Positions 40,401 to 48,749 of a stretch of DNA of 50,764 bases are shown piece by piece (within the stretch, counting starts at the first letter, position 1; each line of letters opens with the position of its first letter). Source of the DNA: Girardia tigrina (taxonomy: Eukaryota). The notes beneath the pieces are model-generated. The model saw nothing but the letters and a program-made list of their open reading frames with translations, made no database searches and was not told the origin of the DNA. A program made the position numbers and the translations under genes. The DNA is taken from contig MQRK01249923.1 in NCBI GenBank assembly GCA_001938485.1, positions 15,216 through 65,979 on the forward strand. Direction: 5' to 3'.

Positions 40401-43400
40401 CTCCATCATAAATGTTTTCTAGGCAAATCCATACAATGGTTTTCCATGCTTTGAAAGTGATGATGGAGATGGACCAAGCTTTATTCGACGAATACACTTC
40501 TCAATTTAAAGAAACTCGTAACAAGTTTTATTTTTTGATTAAGTGTTAAATGACTTTTAAATATTTTATTCAGAGAAAAACAACAATTACAGAATAAAAA
40601 CGAAAAATGGAATAAAATGCTTTTGAAAGCAAAGAAAAACCCTCTTTTTAAAAAGTATTCCAGTTCTATTTTATCCTCTTCTTCTGTATCTGTTGTTGCT
40701 GAGGACGAACCCAAAAATGTTAAAGAAATCGGAGTCGAAGTAATACTGAAACTAATTTTGTATAAATTAAGAATGTGATATTTTACTAAGTTTTGCTTTA
40801 AAAAAATATATACATTTAAACCGCGATTAGCAACCATTAAGTTGTAGAGCGTGTTAAATTTCCGAATTGTATATACCAGGAAAAATGTAAAAGAAACACA
40901 ATTTATGAAATCATAACTGTTGCAGGTTCATTTAGAACACATGTTAGGTACTGATGAAGCGGCCATCGGATCGAGCTGAGACGGCTGGCACATTTCATTC
41001 GTGCTAAAGTTCGCCGTTGGGAAAGAACAGCCGAGCGCTTCGCTGTCGGTCGCAATCCCCGCATGTCAAGTGTCCGCCGGTCGGTGTTTGCCGGTCATCC
41101 GTTGTGCACTGCCGAACTTAGGGTGGTGGGTTTCACTTGGAATTGGGGGCGGTCTCTACGATCCTCTCTCGCAACACCGGGTAATTTAGTTAAATAGACA
41201 ACGCGCACCGATGGTACTCCGCTAGTGAATAGGTGCCGGTGTCGCAGTTGGTCGGATTGGTTCTACCAGTGACGCAAAGTTTCTTGACCCGATGTACCGC
41301 AACATTTCTATCATCAGTCGGTCTTCGTTCATTTTTACAAGCTTTTATTACGTTTCATTTGTTTGTTTGTTTGTTTGTCTGTATGGATCAAATCTTGCGA
41401 TCGAAATTTCACCCACTTCCCGTTGTGCTGGTGACTTGAAATTTTCAGGAGTGATGTATTCTAGATGACAATACACTATTTCATTGTCACTGCTTCCCTG
41501 CAGTCAGTAGTTTGTCCGTAAAAAGTCAATAAAGTGCCGTTCTCATGCTTTTCTTAGTAGTAGGCTTTGAAATATACTAAATTTAATTTCCAAATCGAAT
41601 GAGATTTCGCATGTAGTAATAGTAGGCTTTGGAAATTCAGTCAAAAAAAATTCTGCACGCAATTTAAGACGCGAGATTTTGTACTTATGAGAACTTTAAC
41701 TTCCTTTGCAGAGCGTACTAACGCAATGACCGAGCAATGATTACTGTAGCAAGACACCTCCTCTCATCAATTACTTATATTTTCTTAAAAAGTAAGTGCT
41801 GTTAAAGATATTTGAAAACAAATTTTAACAATCACTCTCTTTCTCATTTCAGATTTATATCAAGCTTCTATGAATTCTCTCATCTTTGGATTTTGTGTGC
41901 AAAATTATTCAGTTCAATAAATTTATATATTTCATATCCATACAAATCACTGCAATCAGGTCTTTTAATATGGGAAGTGGGTGAAATACATACAAATCCG
42001 CAAACATTTAACAAATTATAAAAGCTTGTGCACCAAAAATTTTTTTGGCGTGATAATTAACAAATAAACTCATGATAAAAACATTTAAATTCGGTCATAA
42101 GATTTATTTGTATGTTCAAATTTGTGTACATCCATATCATATTATTAAAACAAGGTTATTTTTTTGATCAATTTTTTACAAATGTTTTTTACATTTAATT
42201 GACCTGATCAACACAGGTGCGGTATCAAAATTTGAAGTTATGATACCAAAATTTTATTATTATAACACAATAACATATTTTTCGAACTAAATTTATAAAT
42301 TACTTTTATTAAAATTTCGTTAAAATTCTTTTATTTAAATTCATTGTTAAAATCTTCATATCGGAAATTTTTCAATTATGAAGTTTTCCTTTTAATCGTT
42401 AAACACAGTGCCTTTTGGGGGAAAGGTAGAACGGTCATCTCACAATAAAAATATATTACAAATATATTATATTGTTTATTAATAGTCATATATAAAATTA
42501 AAACAAGTGTTTTTTATTAACATTGTAATGATTCTCCGTACTCATAAACTGAAATTATAAGGAAGACAAATTTAAGAAATTCAAAATTTTATTTATGATT
42601 ACAATCAGTTTATTTAAACAAGAAATAAATAATTTATTTTAATTTTTTAAAGTGTATAATTTAATTTTTTTAATAAAATTATATCATTAGAAATATATCC
42701 CAGAATTTTGTCCAATTTTCGTCTGATGTATCATGTTGAATTCTTTTTTACTGTTCTTATCTGTGGCCGCATGACGTCTTCTAAATAACCAGAGATCAAT
42801 GTGTTTTGATGGATTGAAGTCTCAAAGGCGGTCCGACAAGTTTGATGAATAAAAGTGCTGATAGTGTCTTAGTCTTTAACGAAGCTCTTGTCAGGGTGGC
42901 AATTTTTGCGAAAACTCGTGTTCGCATTGACTGGAAGATATTGGAATGCTATTCAGGGTAGTTACCAAATGCAATAGTGTTTCTGGATATGTCTTTTCGA
43001 GGATATATTCACGAAATCCTTGAATCATTTCCCTTTCATTGAGTTGCAATTAGATTGACAAGTTTCGAATCTCTTCTTCTGCGAATGTAAGTTGGGTATC
43101 AATATTTTTAGGGTTAAAAATCAAATTAAAAAAAAATTAAAATAAATTGAAAAAAAGGTAGTGGAACGCCGTTCCATGACAAAAAAAGCATTGGTTAAAC
43201 ATATATTTTCTTTTATTTATAAAAAACCTTTACTAAACTTTTCGACTTTATTATTATAAAATTTTTATTTAAAATATCTCAAACTAAACTTTGTCATTTA
43301 TTATTGTAAAACTTTCATTTTTTCAAGAGTAAAATTATCATTTTAGATTTTAATATAAAATATTTTTAACCCTAAAATTTTTCAATGTTTTAATTTATAA

Positions 43401-46400
43401 AGACATATTTTTTAATGTTTTGAAAATTCCTTTGAGAGATTTTAAATGCTAAAATTCAAAAAATTATGTGAGTTCCTTAAAATTCTTACAATCTATTGTT
43501 CTATTTTTGTGTAGTAGTTGGATGGAGTATTTTTAATGAAGTCTTCGTAAAAATTGAATATTTTATGTTTGTTTAAGGTTGTGATTCATCTAGTGAGAAA
43601 GCTGATTTATGTGTAAAATAGTATGATTGTTTAAATCTAACATGATTCAAAATTTAAATCAGAATTTTAAAACTTAAGTTAAACTTTCAATTTAACAATA
43701 GGTGTTGGAGGAATATTTTAATTTAGTGATGACTTGTTACTTTGGACATGTGTTAAGCTATTCTGACATACCTCCACGCAGTGTCCTTGGGAAACTAGAT
43801 GTGAAACTCTCTCGGTTAAAGTGTCCGAAGCTTGCCCCTCTAGTGTGCCGTATAGTTAGTATGCTTAGCTTGCAATCCACTACCGTAAAAGGCAACACTT
43901 TCTGATCGGGATTATGGAAACGCCTAATGACTGGACCCATAATCAGTTGAGTACTTGTACGATACACCGACTCAGCTCCAGATAGTCTCTATGATTCATT
44001 TATCAAGGGTTAGTGCTGCATGAGTTCGCTCATTTAATTTAGGCCTTTAATTTAGAATGTTGAATTTTTTTTGTTTAGTTTAGAATTTGGAAATGTACTT
44101 CTTCAACCCAGATGGGAAATTAATATGTTAGATGTTCGCAATGATAGTTATTCAAGAATAATTTGCATTTTAAATTACAACATAAAATATTAAAAAAAAT
44201 TTTAAATATTATATTGTTAAATCATTTTAAAATTCAATTAATTTTTAGATAGAATTATTAATGAAATTAAAAAGTAGAATTGTTAAAATGAAATCAGAAA
44301 ATAATTTAAAATGAAAATTTGTACGAATAATTGTTTGTTAACAAGACGTTATCAAAATCTTATTAATTTAGATAGATGTCAAATTACAAAAGCTTTACTG
44401 AGAATTGTCACAAATACAATTCAAACTGTGACGAAAATAAATGTGTAGAAAACCATTTTGTGTTCTTAATGAGGGGATTGGCACATCATGCATTTAATAA
44501 TTAGCATATCATAGTTTTTTTCATATAAAAGTTGGGAAAATTGGAAAATACGAACTTTTTTGGTCGAAATTGGAAAACAAGAACATTTTTTTTTTAAAAT
44601 TGGAAAATACGAACTTTTATTATAAAAATTGGAAAACACATTAAGTTTATTTAAAAAAATTGGGCAAAATTGTTTTAATATACTTAATAAAATTACTATT
44701 TTAAAGACCTGTGAATGCTTTTAACAACCTAAATTTAAATGAATTGTTTTTAGTTGATACTGAATTCGATTCAATCGATGAGTTTGACCAAGAATTCACC
44801 AGAGTGGCTTTTCGCTTTGGACTCAAGTTTAAAAGAATCCATAGAAATAAAAAACTATAAACTTTGATTGCTGTTCTACATTTCAATTTAAAGTCACTGC
44901 TAGAGTTAAGCTAGAGTCTACAAAGTGTATTGTTAGATCAAGCAACATGATTCATACATGTGATTTAAATCTCACTAGAGTGCATCAAAATGGCAAGTTC
45001 TTGCAGAAACTAATCTCGAAACTATCAAACCAAAAATGTTAATAGAAAAAATGTGGACAGATTTCAGGCATAAAGTTATGTACCATACTTTTGATCTGCC
45101 ATAAAATCTGCAAAAATAACCGCTGGGTTAGTTTTGAAAATTCTTCCTCGTTAATTTTATCTTTGAAAGATAATATAACAAAAAATGATGGTTTTGTTCA
45201 AGTAAAATATTCTGAAACAGGATATTTTGAAAGATTCTTCATAATGTGGAAAGCTTCAAAAGATTTTTTTAATAAATCGAGAAAGCTTTTATATATTTGT
45301 CAGGGATTAAAATTGAACTGAACATTTTTGATGCAGTAAATTAATCGAAATGAATAATAATGTAAAATTCTTTAAGATAATTTTATCATAATAATTAAAT
45401 TAAATAATTAAACTATTTTTATGTATATAAATATTTATACTATATATGGTTGGTAATTTAAATAAATTGGTTCCTCCTAAAAATAAATGAATCATATTAA
45501 AATAAGTAAATTGTTTTAATAATCAGAATTTTTGCGAGATAATTTAAAAAGTGGAAAATTATTTTTTTTAATAAATTGTTACTGGAAATTATTTGTTGGC
45601 TTTCATTGTGGAGTATTCTGCCATTCCGAAAGAAGATAACAATATTGATGGAACATTTTTATCTGGACCATTTAAGGGAACTCTTTTAATTGCAGTTTCT
45701 CAGGATGGGCTCGATCAACTCGTTTTAATTGCAGCTGATGTAGTTGAATTTGAAAATTCTGGTAGTTGGACTTGGTTTTTTAGCTTAATTAACACACAAG
45801 GAACCTTGAATTCACATATTGTCATAATATTTTCAGACAGAGACAGGGTATTCTAAATGCTTTGCAATCAATGGCTCCAAAATGCTCAATCTCATACTGT
45901 ACAAGGCCCATTGCTAAAAATTAAATTTAGAGATGAGAATGCTTTGAATCATTTTTAGAGAGCTGAGAATACACTTTCAGAAGCAGAATTTGAGCAGACG
46001 TCAATTTAAGGACAATTAATAAAAAAATTTACACTAGTTTTAGCTTCATAAATCCTGTTTTCTGGGTCAATTCCAAATTTCCAGTTCCTAGATTTGGTAA
46101 AAAAATACGAATAATCCTGCCGAATCAATGAATTCTGACCTGAAAAGATATGTTGATAAAGATATTTGCAATTTAAAATTTCAATAAACAATTACGCAAT
46201 GATAACTTTTTCTGAAAGCAGAGCCAAGCGATTTTCAACTTCTGTGTTCGATAACTGTTTAAAAATCTTGAATAGAAATAATCTATAAGCTACACAACTG
46301 ACTGTAATAACTTATATTAATGCAATTTATTTGGTTGACAACAAATATCGAGATAACTTATCCGAAAAAAACTTGTGAATGCTTCAAATGGATCAATTCT

Positions 46401-48424
46401 AAGATTCTTTACATTCATTTATGTGCTGTCATTGCTCATAAAAGTTTAAATGTTATTTATTTCGTTTCTGATATGTATACCGCTCAAAGTATTGTAGTTC
46501 ATATTCTTATAACGTACTCCCTTTGACTGCAGCTAATTTAGTAAGATCGAATATTCAAGCTTCAATCCGAAGAAGAGGAAGAGGCAGACCGAAGATAAGA
46601 AGAAATACTGCTGCTTATGAATGACAATGAAAGTTATTAAATAAATGTAGTCTATAAAAATCGTGTTTTTTAATTTTTATTATTTTTTTATTAATTCATT
46701 TGTCAAAGAAAAGTTAGTAATGTCCAATTTTGACAAAAAAATTCGTGTTTTCCTAATGCTCCATAAAAGTTATATTAAGACTTGAATCAAGTCAGAAATT
46801 TTTCATTTTTTATCGCATGTGAAAAAAACGTTGCATGCAAAAAATGCTTCTTCTACCATTTTAAAAAATGGGACTAAGTTTTTTGTGTTATAATTCTTTG
46901 AACATACAGTGACATCACAGAGTGATTGCTAACAAGTTCTATTGTGTAATTGATACTCACCTGTTTCTACTGAATAATTTGAAACAAAAATAGGAAACAG
47001 TGTGATAATCAATTCACAATGACTTATGCAGTTCTGTTACTTATTCATTCATCGTAATTCACTCATGCTTGTCATTGTTGAGGTGCCGGGCTGAGTGGTG
47101 GCGACCAGTACCTCTTAATTATGTGGAGGTTCACCGGCGGGAAAGAANNNNNNNNNNNNNGTGATCCTTGCATGTCGAGTGCCCGCCGGTCGACGGGTCG
47201 GTATTGCGGTCGGTGTGCACCTGTCCTCCGTTTTGCACCGCCGAACGCGGGACAGTGGGTGGTCTCCACGACCCGCTCTCGCAACACCTGGCGGTTTCAT
47301 TGAATGTGACACCCGTGTCGATATGTTCCGACATCGTAATCGGTCGGATCGGTTCCGCCAGTGGTGTGGAATTCAGAGATCACATATGTCTCATTATTTG
47401 TGGTAAAAAAAAGAAAAAAAGAAAATTCAACATCAATAATATTTATTTGTGATTTCAAAATTTGTGCACTCGATTTTCACACTTTTACTTTAAATAAACA
47501 AAAATCAAAATTGAAAGTTTTTTCAATTTTTTTAAGTGTTAAATGTTAAATTTTTCTGAACACTACAATTGTTATGGTAATTCCTTATTTATGTAGTTCT
47601 TAATCAAGTTTTATTCTTTATCATTTTAGCAGTTTTATAGCTTTACCTTTTGAAGAGTGTGAAGCAGGTTTACTATTCAATCATAAACCTGTGTGAATCA
47701 ATTGTTTTTGCTCAGAGAAAATTTGGTAAAATGTTCGATCTTAAGTCACTTTATCCAAATACCTTTTGATCAAATTGGCGCCATATTTCTCAGGCTTACG
47801 TTGAAGGAATTAATAAAATGCTTTTAAATACATCTCAAACATCACTCCGTCTGTGAATTTCAGTATCGATTGATCACAAAGTTCTACATAAAACGCTGCA
47901 CAAAAATAAATATCGCTTACAACAACTGTTCCTAAGATCTTCAGTAACGAATATCCATGCATGAAAGTTTGTTACAAAGACCTTTTTCGGATGAGGTAGT
48001 GTTCCACTTCAATCGCACGACTAAGTAGGATATGTGGCGGCGAAACTTCAGATGAACTAATTGTATTCGAGAGAGATACCACCAAAATTTTTACATAAAT
48101 TTACACTGTAAATTTTTTTAAATATAATTTTGATTAGAAAAGAGAATTTCCATAAATTCCGGACACCCTGTAATGTAGGTACTGTTTTCTTTATTTTAAC
48201 TATAACGATTTATTTTCATTCGAATTATAAGAATATGTATTATATTAAATTTTATTGCAAATAATGTAACTATTGAATTAAAATTATATCTTCAGATTAA
48301 AAAGAAAATAACATCGGAGGAAATGATAAAGAGTCCATCGATATCGAAATTATCATCATCAGCAACTGTTAAAGCTCCAGATGTCAAACAAAATTCCAAA
48401 GACTCCTACTTATTTAAGAATTAA
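17123..48424 (+). CDS. PPP2R5: PP2A regulatory subunit B56/B' (PPP2R5 family), spliced gene of 9 predicted exons: 17123-17309, 19917-20218, 34315-34538, 34589-34811, 37418-37591, 37635-37759, 40423-40524, 40574-40739, 48296-48424 (1632 nt, about 543 aa)
   Basis: Exons join in frame through GT..AG introns with matching phases (1,0,2,0,0,2,2,0). The product has B56 hallmarks: [125 protein letters not shown]. The first and last exons are less certain. The symbol is family-level only. Confidence 0.93.
18240..18315 (+). mobile_element. Possible Helitron 3' end
   Basis: GTGC-GAA-GCAC hairpin about 10 nt before CTAG|T. Confidence 0.4.
18780..19377 (+). repeat. Helentron-associated non-autonomous element (HINE), copy 1, collapsed in an assembly gap
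   Basis: 12-bp subTIRs ACAAGCTTTTAT / ATAAAAGCTTGT, a (GTTT)n microsatellite and a 3' CCAAAAA/TTTTTGG hairpin; the sequenced 5' part matches 41337-42052. Confidence 0.8.
19917..20218 (+). CDS. PPP2R5: B56 exon 2
   Basis: ttttag|AT...; encodes [13 protein letters not shown]...GCNIFRTL...[16 protein letters not shown]|gtatta. Confidence 0.92.
20347..20800 (+). repeat. DINE-1-like HINE element of a second family
   Basis: subTIRs AGCGCAATTTCC (20347) / GGAAATTGCGCT (20772), partial internal IR (CAATTGCG), a (GGAT)n microsatellite and T-rich flanks. Confidence 0.7.
21150..22328 (+). mobile_element. Mariner (DD34D) element, decayed transposase, intact right TIR
   Basis: [54 protein letters not shown]; TIR ...GAACTTATGCAACAACCCAA|TA. 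Confidence 0.93.
22428..22498. mobile_element. hAT-MITE-like terminus with GGTGCACC subterminal repeats
   Basis: Three CGGTGCAC motifs ending in CGCCCAGCCATA (reverse complement TATGGCTGGGCG, a TAGGGCTGGGCG-type TIR). Confidence 0.5.
23950..24300 (-). mobile_element. pogo/Tigger (TIGD4/6-like) CENP-B HTH relic
   Basis: Minus strand KIAL...IKKQP..S..QLREITG...[29 protein letters not shown]. Confidence 0.7.
24640..25380 (+). mobile_element. Decayed mariner (irritans/Himar1-like) transposase
   Basis: [69 protein letters not shown]. Confidence 0.88.
26450..27150 (-). pseudogene. Copy A of an unidentified decayed multi-copy coding family
   Basis: [24 protein letters not shown] and [11 protein letters not shown]...NCC blocks, colinear with copies at 31.6 kb and 43.6-44.5 kb. 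Confidence 0.55.
27778..27818 (-). ncRNA. Minimal type I hammerhead ribozyme-like motif (Penelope-like-element type)
   Basis: Reverse complement GAC-CUGCUGA-U-GAGAU(uauuauu)AUCUC-GAAACGCGUC-GUC: 3-bp stem I, 5-bp stem II and a palindromic CGCG stem III; overlaps a canonical CUGAUGA. Confidence 0.65.
28005..28220 (+). repeat. Perfect 107-bp tandem duplication
   Basis: The ACGATGTTTTCTC...AAACTTCTCAC unit occurs twice with period 107. Confidence 0.9.
28456..29400 (+). mobile_element. Decayed mariner of the same family as 21150-22328
   Basis: Left TIR TTAGGTTGGATATAAGTT after a (TA)n run; [48 protein letters not shown]. Confidence 0.85.
30828..31062. mobile_element. Solo-LTR-like or MITE-like insertion (235 bp)
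   Basis: TG...CA ends with imperfect 23-bp inverted repeats TGT(C/T)TGG.6.ATGAGAGAGG; flanks TTCA / ATCA. Confidence 0.55.
31620..32423 (-). pseudogene. Copy B of the unidentified family
   Basis: GEEYFEW...[12 protein letters not shown]; the upstream ORF 32235-32423 ([14 protein letters not shown]..) may belong to it. Confidence 0.5.
32504..34015. mobile_element. piggyBac-type MITE carrying a nested mariner
   Basis: TTAA|CCCGTAACTACTA...TAGTAGTTACGGG|TTAA; GGTCAAATTGAC subterminal motif at both ends. Confidence 0.9.
32752..33978 (+). mobile_element. Young full-length-sized mariner, with transposase mostly in an N gap
   Basis: Perfect 29-bp TIRs TTAGGTTGTTCGATATGAAACGGGTCAAA and TA TSDs; the ORF starts MEISEI before the gap and ends [10 protein letters not shown] after it. 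Confidence 0.92.
34315..34538 (+). CDS. PPP2R5: B56 exon 3
   Basis: ttttag|[11 protein letters not shown]...[26 protein letters not shown]...HINNIFF-AC|gtaaat. Confidence 0.95.
34589..34811 (+). CDS. PPP2R5: B56 exon 4
   Basis: Follows a 50-nt intron; [34 protein letters not shown]...YHPQLAYC...NLMSY|gttaat. Confidence 0.95.
35055..35552 (+). mobile_element. Non-autonomous Helitron-like element with 34-bp inverted repeats
   Basis: 3' hairpin GGCCCGC-GAA-GCGGGCC followed by CTAG|T; perfect IR at 35055-35088 / 35463-35496; sits between (TA)n tracts. Confidence 0.75.
35815..36300. mobile_element. GC-rich LTR-like insertion
   Basis: Sharp GC/CpG-rich island bounded by TG...CA; no TSD or recognisable ORF. 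Confidence 0.35.
36436..37344 (+). mobile_element. Decayed mariner element
   Basis: ETKREST.W-like segment, [35 protein letters not shown]; right TIR ...GGTACTTATTGAACGCACCTCG. Confidence 0.85.
37418..37591 (+). CDS. PPP2R5: B56 exon 5
   Basis: tttttag|[27 protein letters not shown]...[11 protein letters not shown]|gtagta (not in ORF track; read manually). Confidence 0.93.
37635..37759 (+). CDS. PPP2R5: B56 exon 6
   Basis: Follows a 43-nt intron; [11 protein letters not shown]...[20 protein letters not shown]|gtaata. Confidence 0.93.
38148..38680 (+). repeat. Degenerate minisatellite array (about 21-bp units) in two blocks
   Basis: 38148-38400 repeats CCTAGCAACGGTTCC-like units; 38400-38680 repeats GAAAACACCTT..AACCATCACCGTT units. 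Confidence 0.8.
40423..40524 (+). CDS. PPP2R5: B56 exon 7
   Basis: ttctag|[36 protein letters not shown]|gtttta; matches B56 '[23 protein letters not shown]'. Confidence 0.92.
40574..40739 (+). CDS. PPP2R5: B56 exon 8
   Basis: Follows a 49-nt intron; [23 protein letters not shown] (cf. EREEAWxxIExxAxxNP), then a Ser-rich tail; donor gtaata at 40740. Confidence 0.85.
40972..41316 (+). repeat. GC-rich LTR-like repeat, copy 1 (copy 2 at about 47076-47396)
   Basis: TGATGA...TCATCA ends; shares GGGAAAGAA, GCATGTC.AGTG.CCGCCGGTCG, GGTCTC.ACGA.CC.CTCTCGCAACACC and GGTCGGAT.GGTTC..CCAGTG with the 47.1-kb copy. Confidence 0.6.
41337..42052 (+). repeat. HINE element, complete copy of the 18780 family
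   Basis: subTIRs ACAAGCTTTTAT / ATAAAAGCTTGT, (GTTT)n, 3' hairpin, T-rich insertion site. Confidence 0.8.
42406..43193 (-). mobile_element. hAT element (KIAA1586-like transposase C-terminus), internally deleted
   Basis: TIRs CAGTGCCTTTT / AAAAAGCATTG; perfect 8-bp TSD GTTAAACA. Minus-strand dimerisation domain: [52 protein letters not shown]. Confidence 0.92.
43580..44480 (+). pseudogene. Copy C of the unidentified family, interrupted by the 306-bp insertion
   Basis: SSEKADL, LEEYF|[25 protein letters not shown]...NC..NK. Confidence 0.55.
43727..44032. mobile_element. 306-bp insertion with 10-bp flanking direct repeats
   Basis: TTTAATTTAG at 43717-43726 and 44033-44042; TG...CA ends; GC-richer than its flanks. 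Confidence 0.6.
44534..46762 (+). mobile_element. MULE/MuDR element with decayed transposase
   Basis: 9-bp TSD ATAAAAGTT; G-starting TIRs with GGAAAA(T/C)ACGAA repeats; [40 protein letters not shown]; SWIM-like CEC.KW....IH; RRRGRGRPK. Confidence 0.93.
47076..47396 (+). repeat. GC-rich LTR-like repeat, copy 2
   Basis: Colinear similarity to 40972-41316. Confidence 0.6.
47640..48172 (+). mobile_element. Decayed Tc1/mariner (rosa/DD41D-like) element
   Basis: [10 protein letters not shown]-like motif; right TIR TTCCGGACACCCTG|TA. Confidence 0.6.
48296..48424 (+). CDS. PPP2R5: B56 putative terminal exon 9
   Basis: cttcag acceptor in phase 0 matching the exon-8 donor; open Ser/Lys-rich 42 aa to TAA, with AATAAA immediately downstream. 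No homology support. The alternative is read-through of exon 8 to a nearby TGA. Confidence 0.55.
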   Translation: MKKKITSEEMIKSPSISKLSSSATVKAPDVKQNSKDSYLFKN

Positions 48425-48749
48425 TCTTTAATAAAATCTTTGGAATCCAAAGGATTGCTACTGCTAATCTGAATTTCTCTAAATGTATTTAATTAATTTA
48501 AATGTTTTACAAAATGGAAATATTAAAGTTCTCGAAATATGTTCTTTCAAATGTGGCAATTACAAATATATAAACTTTTACAAAAACAGAAAGATATTTT
48601 GTTTACGTTGCACATAAACTTCAAAAATATTCAAATTATAACCCAATTTGTATATTTATTGTATGATTGTTCAGCAAAACAAAAATTATAACCAAATGTG
48701 AAACATATTTCAGATATCTGATAAATGTTGTTCATCTTGAAACACATAT

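Noticed and set aside
17310-40422. Three introns of near-identical length (2607, 2606, 2663 nt)
   Set aside because: Their contents are unrelated and two include estimated gaps, so this is coincidence.
40481-40837. 118-aa minus-strand ORF
   Set aside because: Antisense shadow of B56 exons 7-8.
40970-41010. CTGATGA...GAGAC as a second hammerhead ribozyme
   Set aside because: It has no GAAA core and no stem I/III pairing, is absent from the second copy at 47.1 kb, and TGATGA is better explained as an element terminus.
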